Notes: a model not told the origin generated them from the letters alone. DNA of 55,611 nucleotides, filler included, from Sphacelaria rigidula (GCA_964200075.2; 4 parts of 4 records of this genome joined end to end with filler, not necessarily neighbours in it), one strand, 5' to 3'. Shown: positions 25,001 through 37,693, counted from the first letter of the whole stretch. Made by a program: numbers and translations.

Positions 25001-25665
25001 TTTTCAGGTACTTGAAAGAAAATGAGGTAAGCATCAGAAGGTGGAGTAGTACTAAAAACAAAACAAAAAGAGCAACGAAAAAACTCGTTGTGTTGGCATT
25101 CCTCCTGTGTGACCCCGGCTGATGCGCCCGCATCTACCGGAAGGTGTAGAGTGGCGTCCCGGATAGATGGGACGACGACACACATACACACACACAAAAA
25201 TAGAATAGGAACACTCGGAGGGGGAAGAAGCGCAAGGAAAGGAAAGGAAAGAATATATATATATATATATTGACCCCACTCACGAGCCGATGAGCTCTTA
25301 CCCATGAGCCAGTCCTACGGGAGCAAGGCACCAGCACTGCTGCTGCGTATCACTGGGGCTTGAAGAGGACTTTTTTTTTTTACGGGAGGGGGGATGAGCC
25401 ATTATTTGTTGTGCCCGGGGAAATTTCAAAATTTCAAAACTGAGGCTTGTTTTTCATGCTGAAGTCAACCGTGTTGGTTTCTCCTTTTTTGTGTGTTGTT
25501 CGTCTCCATCCCCACCCCTCGCCGGCTTGGTTGCGATGCATTGATCCGCACATATTATCTTCTCCTGGTGAACAAACTCTCAGACCGCAACAGCTGAAGT
25601 GGTGGAGGAAAGCGTAGCCACGGCGGATGTTCCAACAGTGACTATCAGCGGGACCGGATCAGGGG
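14390..25665 (+). CDS. Partial multi-exon gene, unknown protein with RRRL/RQLQ motif; exons 14390-14539, 16234-16383, 25584-25665
   Basis: Splice sites: ttttctccag|...GAG|gtatgt; aatttag|...TAC|gtgagt; ctctcag|...G|gtaagt. Phases are compatible (0-0, 0-0, 0-1) with no stops: VELTYVNGIAARASSRRRGRRRRLDKS...RNRQLQTE/YQKRLEYEIIAPEATDRTDILDTIDAGVRG...QGY/TATAEVVEESVATADVPTVTISGTGSG. Confidence 0.72.
14712..14815 (-). mobile_element. SINE or 5'-truncated RTE LINE 3' end
   Basis: Near-identical to the LINE 3' terminus at ~31080-31175 (…cagatgcccagtacgaatgtac…atgtgaagac(aac)n). Confidence 0.8.
15105..15288. mobile_element. MITE with GAGTA/TACTC motifs
   Basis: Inverted termini gcaggtcgagtagagta / tactctactcgacctgc. 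Confidence 0.75.
17705..19800 (-). pseudogene. Decayed intronless coding block of unknown, probably foreign (RNA-virus-like) origin
   Basis: ORFs 19028-19834, 18737-18976, 18205-18894 and 17884-18192 join through two in-frame TAA stops and one frameshift into ~630 codons of protein-like sequence; CpG-poor; no family motif recognised. Confidence 0.6.
19850..20023 (-). mobile_element. hAT-like transposon end fragment with TGATT/ATCAA motifs
   Basis: Starts TAGGGTTGCTCATCAAC on the minus strand, followed by dense ATCAA/TGAT repeats; only one end visible. Confidence 0.5.
20095..20295 (-). repeat. Dispersed repeat
   Basis: Reverse complement matches ~35320-35510 and ~38200-38385 (cgaatcaatc…ggcgcaaaaa…cagcggtcaactt). 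Confidence 0.75.
21900..22800. mobile_element. Diverged inverted pair of piggyBac-like non-autonomous elements
   Basis: 21900-22322 mirrors 22430-22800; inner ends …cgcggtgaaagga|TTAA and TTAA|ccttttgaccg. Confidence 0.65.
23664..23940. mobile_element. Palindromic MITE-like element
   Basis: ~80-bp inverted arms aggcccatgctcccgccaatat… / …atattggcgggagcatgggcct. Confidence 0.7.
24500..24910 (+). repeat. Degenerate ~200-bp direct repeats
   Basis: tgcttttt…ccgcttgcacat…tgcgaaa…ccgaaagta…ggtgcttg unit at ~24507 and ~24742, third copy at ~23410. Confidence 0.65.
25085..25175 (-). repeat. Dispersed SINE-like repeat (gggcgc…agccggggtcacacaggag)
   Basis: Second diverged copy at ~40275-40365. Confidence 0.65.
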
Positions 25666-26278
25666 GTAAGTTCCACGGGGGTTTCCGCGTTTGGTCGATT
25701 AGAACCTTCCCAGAATTTTATTACTCGATGTCGGTGTAAACAACGATATGTGAAAGATCGGAGCGTAACGAAATCTGCGGTTTGTGGAACCGGTACGAAT
25801 GTGAACAATCTAGGCTAATGTGAGGGCGATCGTGGAACGGTCGATGCTAGCAATTAGGTCAGTCACGGAAATTGAGATTTTGGGGCAACGGGGGAAAATG
25901 GTGCGGCAGCTTGCTTTGAATTATTTATTTTTCACGGAAATAGAGATTCAAGCTGGGCTGACAGCCCCAATTGCCCCTCGCGTGCTCAGAACGCGTTTTC
26001 CTTTTCCGCGAATTCCTCATCGAAAGTCCCCTATCTTCGCAATAATCCTTCTTGTGTGCGGTATGGGGACAACAGTACGGCGTCTGTACCGCATACTGTT
26101 ACAAATCCTTTCCACGTCCTGCTGTGTGTAGACGGTACAGGCAGTACTGTCTGTGCTTTCTGTACTGCACATTTTCCAAGATACTTTTTCTCCGTCTGCC
26201 TGTACGTATGTGTGCGCAGTTCAGACGGTAGACCGTGGTGGCAGACAGCCCGTGCTGTGTCCTGCACCTTGTGTTGCG

Positions 26279-26488
26279 TTAACTTTCGGACCGCGACGGT
26301 AGGTCACTTGCTGAATCGGCATCAATTTTCACTTGAAAAAATGATGCGTGATCAAGATGGACTATCCGCAGCGCGGTCTAAGGGTTAACTTAGACCGCGA
26401 GATTAGTCTTTCTGGATCATGCATACATTTTTTCACTTGAAATTGATGCCGATTCAACAGAAGACTAACCTCGCGGTCCAAGGGTCAA
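26279..26488. mobile_element. Inverted pair of ~100-bp piggyBac-like MITEs
   Basis: TTAA at 26279 and 26385; cgcggtc(t/c)aaggg termini; core gaatcggcatc shared with 22270-22480. Confidence 0.65.
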
Positions 26489-27757
26489 ACAACGTCACAG
26501 GCGATTGACTGCACATTTCCCGCGGAAGACGTCCGGCTGAAATATCATCCCGAAGCGAAATCCGGTGCTCAAGGGTTGGAATACACGGAAACCTCGATTT
26601 TGAAACATATCTCTACGAGCCTGGCGGATCGTGAAACCTATTAAGCGTGGATCTATCACAAACTTGTCAGTTTCCCAAATCAGCCCGATTTGAGCATTTC
26701 GCAGTGAGTTGCAGACCTACGCGGTGGCATACAGCTTCGCCGCTGCTCGATTGCCGCAGTTTTGGTGATGATGTCGTACTCCATTGAGTACCGGGTATGT
26801 TTCATGAGGCTGGGAGCTGCCGCTCTCTTGAAGTAGCTCTAATGGAATACCACGGTATGTAGACCTCGAAACGAACTACTTTCTCACTGGAAATCTCTGC
26901 GTCCAGAGTATCTCTGCGTGCATGTGGAATGCTGACCCTTTTCTTATCTCAGAACAAAATGTATACCGTTTATACCATATTTTGCGTGAGAAGCAGCTCC
27001 GGATCTGCATGCAGGCTTTTTACTTGTTTTCAGCCCCGCTTGGATGCAGGCGACACCCTTCAACGCGTTTCCGCTCAAAAATAAGCCGCACTTGACCCAG
27101 AGTATAATAGGAGGCCCCTTTTGGTCGAGAGTGCACGGTCTATCTCGTTGGGGTTAATGAGGTCGGGGACGCGGCTGTGAGGGAGTAAGATTTGCCTCAT
27201 GAAAACCGGGATCCGTCAGTTTACGGCCGAGATGGTCTACAATCATCAAAACAAAATTTCGGTTGTTTGATTCCTCATTCTAGATGCGGACGTTCTCTTA
27301 CATGATGGTCCGTTCTGCTCATAACACGCCCCAGAGATGATGGCATAGTCCGTTCAGCTCGTGACATACCTCGGACAAGAAGCTGTTTGAACTCTTCGTG
27401 TAGGAAAAGCGAGAGGGGTTGGACCTTTGGACATTGTCGATAAGGGACCAGCCCCGTTGAAGGACGAGAGAGGGGAAGATGTTGAACGTGTAGGTGGGTA
27501 GACAGAAGATAACTGTGGTTTATGTGTGTTCCCTGAGGGGTGGAACGCACACGACCTTCACTTTTTCTTCTTGTTTACTTGTGCACAAATGTTCAATCTT
27601 ACGACCAATTAACCGCGGAGCAGAGCAGTCCAGTGTTGTGTACTCCAGTACATATTATATAACAGTACATGACACTTTCTACGATAGCCCCCCCCCCCAA
27701 AACCAGCTAAAAGTGTCACGAAACAAGTGGCCATACAGCGCCTGATGTTCGGTTTCA

Positions 27758-27857
27758 NNNNNNNNNNNNNNNNNNNNNNNNNNNNNNNNNNNNNNNNNNN
27801 NTTAATTAATTAANNNNNNNNNNNNNNNNNNNNNNNNNNNNNNNNNNNNNNNNNNNN
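27758..27857. other. Artificial contig spacer
   Basis: N44-TTAATTAATTAA-N44. Confidence 0.98.
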
Positions 27858-28573
27858 CGCATCCCTTTCGAGACGGAGCACCGTTCCTACTCCTAATAGA
27901 GACACCTCCAATATTCTGGCGCTCATTTCCCGAGAAGAGGGAGGGATCGAATATGTGACGAAAGAAAAACATATTGCTTGAAACAATAGTAATACTGATG
28001 AGGTATCCAACAACACGCTCCGGGTATTACACAACCATGGACCAACAGGAACCACGCCCCTCGTTAATATTGCGGTGTTGTCGATTTCACGCCGTCCGTT
28101 TCGACGAAAGTCATCCCGTCTTTTCGATTTTAGCGTCAGCGTGGGATCTTTCCGCTGGGCTTGGACGATTGAATGCTGCTTGGTGACGGTCCGGGGCAGC
28201 AGGTCAATCACAGCATCTCCAAAACCCAAAAACAAACGGTTTCAAACCCGAACTCGACCTCGCTCTTCGATTTTGACAAAAATATTAGATGAAAGTTACG
28301 TTCTTCAAGTGGCTTGCCGACAGCATTGTCAGTCAGGGAGGGCGCAAGTGCGCGGAGCGCTTTCTTCGCCTCATATACACAGAAGGACAAGCGCCAAACG
28401 TCATCGTTCATCGTTACCAAGTACATCGTAGACGGACAAGACACCAACGAAAGCAACCCATTGTTAACTCCGACGCAATTGACGCTCGAAACGCTCACAC
28501 AGATGGACGGAAACAACCTCGGACATCCCGACACCCGTCCTGAACAAACACGCACACCACATACGGCACGCAC

Positions 28574-29349
28574 CTGTCGCCGCTACCACTACCACCTGAC
28601 GAATGCAGCGCATGCGACCGCTCTAAAAACCCGACAACCACAGCGCTCTGCTGAGCAAATCGACTGATACTCTCAGGAGTGTGCAGGTTGCCCCTCGCCG
28701 TGTGGCACAGCACGTCCAGCAACAAAAGGCAGATGTGGATCGCCAAACTCTCGTCCACTGGCTCGATGTGCCAGAACAGGTGTTCAAGCACCGCCTGCGC
28801 AGCCCCATACTGCTTCTGTTGAAAGTGCAGGGCCGACAAATTGAAGAGCAGTACAGACGCGTCCGCATCGAGTCCTTCAAGCCCCGCCGCTGCCACAGCC
28901 GCTCCACCCGAAGATCCGGGAGTTCGACCAGCCTCGGCGGCGGCGGCGGTTGTCGCCGCCGCCGTCGCGACCTTACTTCCCCCTCCCCCCGCTCCTGCCC
29001 CACCGTCTGCCGGCTCCACATCCTCGCCTTTACCCTTCAATCGTAGCTGTACCCGTATTGCATCCAATGATTTCTCCAGGCTCGCGGGATCGGTGAAGCC
29101 TTGCAGGGCATGCTGACATAGGGTTTGGTTATGCAGTGTCCTGAAGTCGGCGCTGCCGATGCCGTCCGCCGCCACCCCCGCCGCTTTCCCCGCACCTCCA
29201 TTGCTGTCGGATGGCTCAGTGGTGTTCGGAGTTGTTCCTGTGTTACTGCTGCCGGAGGATGAAATTGAGAGCTGATTGAGATGGGACAGGGCTTCGTGGT
29301 ATTTCCCTGCCGTGTAGCAGGCGTGAGCTTTCGCTGCGATTCCGTTCAT
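28574..29349 (-). CDS. CNOT10: CCR4-NOT complex subunit 10, large 5' exon (3'-partial)
   Basis: AHACYTAGKYHEALSHL, FRTLHN, SVLLFNLSALHFQQKQYGAAQAVLEHLFWHIEPVDESLAIHICLLLLDV fit the CNOT10 N-terminal TPR-like region; donor GACAG|gtgcgt at 28573. Confidence 0.88.
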
Positions 29350-31045
29350 GTCGCTGCCGCCGAGGGCCTTCAGGGTAGTGTGGACTTGACGAGGCAGCCG
29401 TGTGAGTGACGACCTCTAGAACCAAAAAGATGGCTGTCATAGCCCATATACGTTTATGCTATTGTCATACTCTCAAATTGTCATTTTTAATCCAAGTTGG
29501 TTGTACATACCTTCTCTGTCTAGCTTCCTTTATGCTGCTGAATAAGTTTCGCTAGAGAAATGACATCATTTCGATCGTCGTGTCTTTTTTTCAAATCTAT
29601 ATTTGGTATTTGGCCCTTTCGACCGCGGGTCTGCCGTACTTCAGATGGAGCATGACCAAAAGTGCAATATGATGGTGCTCGTGCAGACTGCCAAAGCAGA
29701 GTAAAACTGACACTGGGAAAGCACACCGCAAAGATACAGGGCGGGACAGTATCTAACCTGAGCAGCCATGGCGGACGAACACAGTATCACACCAGATGAG
29801 AGGTATGTATTTTTCGTTTCTGGGAGCGCCACAACTTGATACATCTGAAGGATGGACTTCGCTTGTTGATGGTACAAAAGGGAAAAACAAGGACACAGCC
29901 ACACGAAAAACCTGCCAATTCAGCAAAGTGGTATATCCTCCGGGCCTAATCTGTTGTGCTCATCGGGATTAAGCCCATGGTACCAGTCTGGCCTGACTGA
30001 GGGTTGATGATCCCATGAACATGCGACAATATCTCATGTTTCGCACGCCGCAATCTTCTCCCCCAGCTCAGCCGCTGCGGACATGAATGCTTTATTTGTT
30101 GCATTTTTTTTTTCCCAACTTGCGAGCATTTGTTTGCACAACAAATGTCCAGCTCTACAGACAGCGTAGTTGTACTAGTATACACAGACAACAGTTGATT
30201 TTGTTGTTTTGTGGGTTGGCGTTTTTTCACCAGCTGGAACCCCCGTTTGTGACGATGATCCTGGAGCTCACACGTTCAAGTATGGTACAGAGCAAGCCAG
30301 AAGGGTCTCGTCTGCCTTCTTCTTGCTTGAGCGTTGCGCACAATTGACTTGAGCCCCACTACTTGGCTATATTTTTCAAAGTTTTACGAGCTGCACTACG
30401 CCGAATTACCACAAGTCCGGGGTACCACTCACGCACAGTGCGGTCTGTTTCGGGCTCTCGCCATCTCTCTGTATATCCCTCTCGAGTACCACCCGGCGTG
30501 TCTCCTACCTTCGTGGACTTTGGCCGCCCAGGCGGATCGATCTGCCGAACTGACATCATTTTCACTCGATATTGTATTATAGGCTCGAGTGTCCATTTGA
30601 TAGCTCTGAATGGGTAGACTGGACTCGGGAGAGTTCTACGTAATGTTGACTGTACCGGTAGACATCTCTCTCCGGCCGTACCGTTGTTTCTCATCCTTCT
30701 GAACGCCCTGGGATTCTGTTCCGAGATTTTACGCCGACAAATTTCGCAAGTAAATGGAGCTGACATTTGTATGCGCAGATTGTTGCTAAATATATCTGTG
30801 CGAAGCAAAGGTCATGGAAAAAAAAAAAGAGTCGGCGGGCGGCAAGCATCATTTTGCTAGGGTTGGGCGAGGCGTGCGCACCTTCTCCGTCCTCCGTTCA
30901 TCATCCGGGTGTGAGTACCATAGTGTCGGGTTTACTATTTTAATAGTTTTGAGGCAATGGGTATCTGTCTCCTTTACAGGATAACAGGGATACCCCCATC
31001 ACAGGGGTTGATGACAGCGATATCTCACCGCTGCAGTTCCTTGCA

Positions 31046-31047
<2 letters not shown>

Positions 31048-31079
<32 letters not shown>

Positions 31080-32450
31080 ATTGTTGTTGTCTTCACATTA
31101 AAACCGTTCCGATATCTGCGCAGTACATTCGTACTGGGCATCTGATGCGGACGCCTTCCGTGGTCACAGGCTAGCAAAAAAACTAGAACTAAATTATAAC
31201 TCACACAACGCTGTACAAACAAAACAGGGATAAATAATAAAGAAGAAAAGAGAAAACACATGAGTAACCTCAGAAGATCCGGTGCCGCAGGTGGCCATTC
31301 GGACTTCAGGGGGTGGCACCCGACTTTCCAACTCGACGCGCAACGCTAAGTAGAAATGAACATGGGGTCTGAATACGGGCGAGACTCAAGGTCCCAAATA
31401 CCACCAACCAAAGAACTATGAATCGCAAGGTTCCATCTTTCAACCTCTTGAGGGACAGCCACACGTACAAGCATATCAGGTGTATCAAGACTAGCACTGC
31501 ATGACATAACGTCATCCCTCATCGGGGGGGTTCACCCCCCACCCCCCCCCTTCTCTGGACCGTCGTCATTGCTGTGCTATTTGGGCTTTGTTGGTCTCCC
31601 GTCTAACCGCACGCAGTCGGCTGGCCTCCTCTTCATTTCTGTGCCATGAGGTCATGAACCTGTCCACTCCCTGCAGCACTACCGCGTGCCACGGCAACCC
31701 CCCCTCCTTATTCGCTGCGGAGGGCCATAGGGCGCGGTTGATTCCGAATGTCTGGCGGTTGTCGTCCGTAGAGCCGTCTGTGGCTCCGGAAGCGTGGAGA
31801 TCGTCCCTCAGGCATTTGAGCCAGTTTTTTTCTGGGCACCCTGGTCCTGGATCTTCCCCCCCGACTAGTTTTCCAAATGCTAATCGCTTCGGTAATCGTC
31901 CGTCCGATTGTCTAGCCAGGGCTCCCGCGAACAGCAGTCGTCGTTGCCGGACGATGTCTTCGGCACTTTGGCATCCGGTCTTCTTGAGGGCCTGTGCGTA
32001 CGACAGCTGTCGATATGTGCCGCGCACTCGGCAGTACCCGATAACTTGCAGGAGGAGCCGCAAGTGCACCTTTCTCAGCAATTCGTAGTGTTCGCGGCAC
32101 GGGGCCCACGTCATGCATCCGTATAGTGGGGCCTCCGTCGCCTCCGCCTTCAGCGGTCGGACCTTGAGTCTCCATGGTGCTTGCGGTCGGTCAAAGAGTC
32201 CCCTGAATAATTTCCTGATGCATGCCCACGCTGCTCTACTCCGAATGTTGATTTCTTGCTTGAGTTCGCCCTCTCTGTTGACGAGCCCGCCGAAGTATCG
32301 GAAACTACTTTTCTGGGCGTATTTCTGGCCCGCAGCTTCGATGATCAGCGGTGGGGGAGATGGTGTTGGTGACTCCCCCTTCTTTGGTGCTTGCCTTGAC
32401 ACTCGCATCAAGAGGGTCCCCGTCTTCTCCGATACGGGTACAGGCCAGCA
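31048..32450 (-). mobile_element. 5'-truncated RTE-clade LINE: C-terminal RT/thumb ORF, 3' UTR, (CAA)n tail
   Basis: ORF 31566-32468 with VSEKT, FRYFGG, EINIRSRAAW, LYGCMTW, RQRRLLFAGALARQSDGRLPK, WLKCLRDDL; (ttg)n tail at 31048-31090. Confidence 0.9.
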
Positions 32451-32799
32451 CCATGGTGGTGGAGTCACCCTTCAATTCCGTATTCTGGCGAAGAAGCAGG
32501 AAGGAAAAGTTTTTTGGACATCATTTCTCGATTTTCCTCATTCTTAACCGCCTCTGGGGGGGAGGGGAGGGGGAGGCGGTGTAGAACGTATTCCAGTCTG
32601 TGAGACCCCTTGAATCACTTCAAATCCAGTACATCCTGGACAAAAAAACATTGTGAAGAAGTGTACTGCGTGCAGTATCGATGATTGCGTCTATTGCAAT
32701 AGACGACAGATCACGTACTGTACGCAGTAAAAAATTTGGCAATGTAATCTTTTGTCCTGGGTGTGAAATCAAGCGAAAAAACTAATCAATTTTACTTCC

Positions 32800-34170
32800 G
32801 ACCGAGGGCTTGCTGTGAGATTCCGCTGTCCCAAGCCACCCCGTGCGAATCGTTCGGGAAAATAAACGCATCGATTGCATCATCCCCGAGGTGGTTGCGC
32901 TCTGTGGGGACGACGTTGCCGGCCATTGACCAGATGCTCTCAGACGGTGCCGATGACGGAGAATGACCAAGTATGTGACTTGCCAACCTCGCCAGTGATG
33001 AGCATGCGAATCGGTGCCGGAACCATCAGCTTAGCCCATCCTCTCGCTGGTGCAACTGGGTGCTGATGTCATCCTCCACTGTCTCGTCGCCGTCGTCGTT
33101 GTCCTGAAGCCTCTCTTGAAGTTCACAGCGCCAAAACTCCGTCTCGGCCGCCTGAACTCCTTGCTAGAATTGTGAGCCTCGAAGAAAGAGGAGGAGTAGC
33201 GCATGCTGCGCTCTGTTGAAGTTGAGCGACGACGTCTGACCGATCCCCCGGACCCATAATCCTCGCAGTCGATCTGAATGTCGGAAGTGAACCCCTTCTT
33301 CTGCTTCCTCGAAGCCGGGGCCGCACCGGAGCCCCTGTCACCGGACCCGCCGACACCCTCCACCCGCGTCAAAGGGTATGGCATGAGGAGTTGTGCGTAC
33401 TTTTTTTTTTTCGTTATCATCTATGAATCAGTGCTCTTAGGATTCGATATGAACAGTAAATGTGTAGCTCGGGCCCGCCAGTGGGCCACACGGGCTACAC
33501 TCCGCATGCCCCACACATTCTTTATATTCAGACTTCTCTGATCCCCGAGAGCACTATCATCGAAGCTCCTTTTTTTTTTTCATGTACATTTTGGTATGTG
33601 AATTTCACAACGGAAATAAGTGCACTCCCTTTCCTGCTATGCGATACACTTGGGGGCTCCCATCTCTTTTGCGCTATTCCACCAGGAGTGCAACGCTGAA
33701 AACAAAGACCAAGGGTTGATTCGCATAGTATGACTCAATTTATTTCCAGGCGGGTCATCGCCCGTCCGACCCCTGGAGTTTTGCCCCCATCTACTGAGGT
33801 ACAGCAGCATGTCAAACGTTGATCGCAACAATATTAACCATTATTGCGAAAAGACGATACTGTCGTGTGAATAGTGGCTCGCAAACCAAACCTTCTGCAC
33901 GGGCTTCAAACTCCGCCTGGGACAGAGCAGACTTGTGCGGATGCCCCGCGAGCTCAGACAAGAGGGTAAGCGAGAGACTTGTTCGGGACAGGGGTAGCGA
34001 CGAACTTCGTCGACGCGAGTAGCTTGGTTTTGTGACATCTGCATCCAAGCCATTTGATCCGGTCGGGCATGTGTACCACGGCGACGTTTTTCTGGATCGG
34101 GGCCGTTTGGGTCGTGAAGCAGGTGACAGACTCGTCGACGCCAAGCTTCGGTATGCTGAATAAGGCCGTG
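32800..34170 (-). pseudogene. Degraded hAT transposase
   Basis: Dimerization-domain-like LS*WFRHRF..SLARLASHILGHSPSSAPSESIWSMAGNVV..ERNHLGDDAIDAFIF (~32850-33035); CxxH region VTCFTTQTAP…IKWLGCRCHK (~34020-34150); stops and deletions. Confidence 0.8.
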
Positions 34171-37100
34171 TCTCAGCAAATTATTTTCTCGATCGAGAAA
34201 GTGCGGTGGAAACGAAGAAAATCAGATCTGATAGGTGGTCAATTATGTCAACGTCACTCGTGTTGACGGAAATTTTTATTGTCATATTCGTTACATTAGC
34301 TCGATCTCTCAAATCCGTTGCCACAGAGTGCAAGGAGCGTAACACCCATACCCAAAACTCAAACAGCCTGTTGACGTGAAAAGTTGCGATGGAAAAAGAA
34401 AATTCCGATCTGATACGTCTTCTTGTCAGCACAAGTGACGTCGACATCAAATTACGGCCTTTATCAGATCGTTTTTTTTTCACCTTCCTTCACCCCATTT
34501 TTTTTTTATCGAAGAAATATTTGCTGAGACATCGCCTTAGCTTCGCGGTGTTGCACGCGCCCCGTGTACGAACTAGTCAACGCCTCGCAGGCTGCAATTC
34601 AAGACTAGGCGATGCACACACTAGTGTACTATATGTCATGACCGAACCTCTTGAGACTAGCGCGGCACGTGCACTGCGCCAAGATGATGGGGGTTTAGTG
34701 AGCCGGACCCCCACACTGCCGTGAGGCAGTCTAGCCGAGCCTCCAGGTCATCGGCGCACGAACCTGCTCGCGGTGTAAGTGTTGGGTCAGGTTTCCTCCT
34801 TCCTTTGAGGAAAAGAATGAATAAATAAATAAAGAGCGGTGTACCGGCAATATCTGGCGGAACATTGTAGGATAGCCGCACATTTCAACAGATACTGCTG
34901 TCAGTCCTTGTTCAAGTGTGTTCAGATAGATGGTGCAGCTTTGTACAGCAGCCGCAGCAGCTTACAACTTGTTGATTTAGACTGCTGTCTTTTCAATTTT
35001 CTCATGACGTAAATTGGCTGAATGTATGTCGCATGACTGTTTTGTTGATACATACGAATCAATCAATCGGAACCCTTTCATTTTTTTCGTTTTTTTTTCT
35101 ACGGTACGTCTGGCCCCCGGTGACGGCACAACGTGGACGTCGTTCCCTAATGGTCGCAGTTTTGTACTCACCCCTGAGGCAGACGTCCAAACGTCGGCAG
35201 TCGCGGCTAGGCTCGTCCCTAGCAGCTTATGGCTTCTTCCACGGCCGCATCACTCCTGTTCGCCGATGCCACACTAAAGACTTCGAGGGTCGGACGAATG
35301 AGAATTCGTCTGGAAATTTCTTGGTTTTAGTATATTTGATTCAACTCGTACGAATCGATCCCTAGACTTTGTTTTCAGTGTTGCAACCCAGCTACACGCA
35401 GCCCAGACACGTGGAATGGCGCAAAAGTTGCGTGGATACCCCTTGGACCAGCGGTCAACTTATATTTCCCTTTTGGGCCATCAGGCCGAAGAAATCGTGA
35501 ATTTGGTGATACATAGTTGTGATGATTCGTCCTAACCGTGGAAGACTTTATTTACTCGGGCGGCAAATTTTTCGCTTTCGATTGCCTTCCAGGACGCGTG
35601 CATCAACGCCGGGTGTTGGGAGATGCAACTAGCGACTAGTTGTCCAGGAGCATCCGGTTTAGCAGAGCTTCGTTGACACGCCCGACGTGAGAAGATCTGC
35701 CACTAACTAGTTGGCGTCAGGGTGCAGCACAAATAGACGTATTTTTTTAACGGAAAGAACTGAAGGAGGATAAAACAAAAGTGCACGCCATTTTTAATCC
35801 CTCTGAAACACAACTCCATGATGGCACACGACAACAGCAACTACAGACCTACTCCGTACGAGTTCGCTGCCAAAATGTGGACTTCTCAGACCCATCAATA
35901 CTTGAGCGCGAAGAGCTGAGAGTAGCGGTTACGGCTGGCGATGTCGGTGCTTCTTGTGCTCCGTGTGCGCACCAGTCGGTCAGTGCTGGCAGGGGGAAAC
36001 GGTATCCCGAGCAGCTCCGTGCCTACACCCCCTGTCATCAGTGCACACTAATAACGTTATGCACACCATCACTATACAGCAGTAGCAAAGGGCACAACGT
36101 GTAAGTAGCGCTCTACTGTAGTTACCGTGATGGTTGAGTGCCTTGTGTGCTACTTCCGTAAGTGCCGCAGCTGTGAGTTGGATCAAATGAACGTCGCTTG
36201 GACAAGTGCTGTTATTTTACCGAGTTAGTGGTGAGGATGATGAAACTAATTCGTGCTGAACTGTACGTGCCAAGGTGTGCGTTCCAAGGTCAGAAAGTGG
36301 CTTGCTTGCTTTTTATGTTCGTTGCTTTCATACATGGTGCACAGTAGAGTCAGGGGTGTTAATCGAGGGGGGGGGGGTGTTGGCCTCCGGAAAATGTCCG
36401 ATCTGTTCGACGACATTTTTCTCACCACAGGCAACGTATTGTTCTTCCCTCTTTTCTCACATGGGTTCACTTGATTTTTTACTACACCCCTCGAGTAGAG
36501 TAATCGTGCGTTCAGGCAACGCCCTCCGTAATCAACGCTACATACATCTCCAAGACGCTGATACCGACTGGGCCCAGATCTCTTTTTTCAAGTGCTGTCA
36601 AAGCATATGACTTCAAAATATGCAAAAAGTCGTCATTTTCGGTCTTTTTTTCGTTGAGCGCGGGATGCGGCCCGAAAAATAAGAAACATGCCTACTGCAT
36701 GCAGATTTGAAGGCACGAAACGCAAAAAAAAGCGCTTGAGTGTCACACGTCGCCGAGAAGTGGGGTGCCAAAGTCGGTCCCTCGGAGGAAGCTCTCCACC
36801 AACCCGCCGTCCTCAACGACAGCAAGTGAAGAAGGAAACACAGGGGATGCTGGTGGGGAAACATGGAAGGAGAATACTGAGTCGGAGTAACGTTGTTCCG
36901 TTGCGTGCGTTTCTCCACCTACGAATGTGGCTGTTTTGTACTTCTCTCCTGGAGAGTAATTCCATGTGACGCAACTGTCACGACCACAGCAGGGTGCCTG
37001 TGTTACACGTACATGATACTACATATGTATATACGGCTGTAGATGCCTCATTTGTTCTTCGTCCGCAGGCAAAAGTGACGTCGGTGAAGTAATGAAGCAT

Positions 37101-37280
37101 TCAACCCGGTGGCGCTTGGTCGTGTGGAACTTTCTCGGAACTGTCTCATCTGATTTGAGTGTCAACACCGGTATTCCGATCTTTTCGGGGGCTGGCAGTC
37201 CCCGGGGTTCCTAGCGTGCTCAGGACGTTTTTTTCACAATCGGCGCCTGCGGCGCCGACTTGAGGTCTATCAGTACCAAC

Positions 37281-37693
37281 AACACGGGATTTTACAAATT
37301 GGGGATGAAAACCCGGAGGATTGAAATTCTCGTATCCACGTCAAATCTTCGAAGTATGCTTCCATTTCTTCACTTGCTGGTAGCTATTGACAACTTCTAC
37401 ACGCCTTACAAATTTGGATTTCGAAAATCGAAATGTCGGGGTCCCGGGTAGAAAACCAATTTTGGGGGACTCGAGATGGCCGATCGGACGCCAAAATTGG
37501 TTCTTCACCTAGGACCCCGACATTTCGGTTTTCGAAATCCAAATTTGTATGGCGTGTAGAAGTTGTCAATAGCTACCAGCAAGTGAAGAAATGGAAGCAT
37601 ACTTCGAAGATTTGATGTGGATACGAATATGTCAATCCTCGGGGTGTTCATCCCCATTAAAAGATCCATCCCCAATTTGTAAAATCTCGTGTT
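37281..37693. repeat. Long near-perfect palindrome (foldback/MITE)
   Basis: ~185-bp arms, loop of roughly 20-25 nt near 37480; the same peptide (VSTSNLRSMLPFLHLLVAIDNFYTPYKFGFRK) is read on both strands. Confidence 0.92.

Noticed and set aside
26690-27500. Coding-like decayed stretch on the minus strand
   Set aside because: Many stops and no recognisable domain.
28208-28440. Possible second CNOT10 exon (…VYEAKKALRAL…)
   Set aside because: No convincing phase-compatible acceptor and no clear match to the next CNOT10 block.
35847-36101. Possible plus-strand exon (TYSVRVRCQNVDFSDP…)
   Set aside because: Weak acceptor context, ambiguous donor, no recognisable homology.
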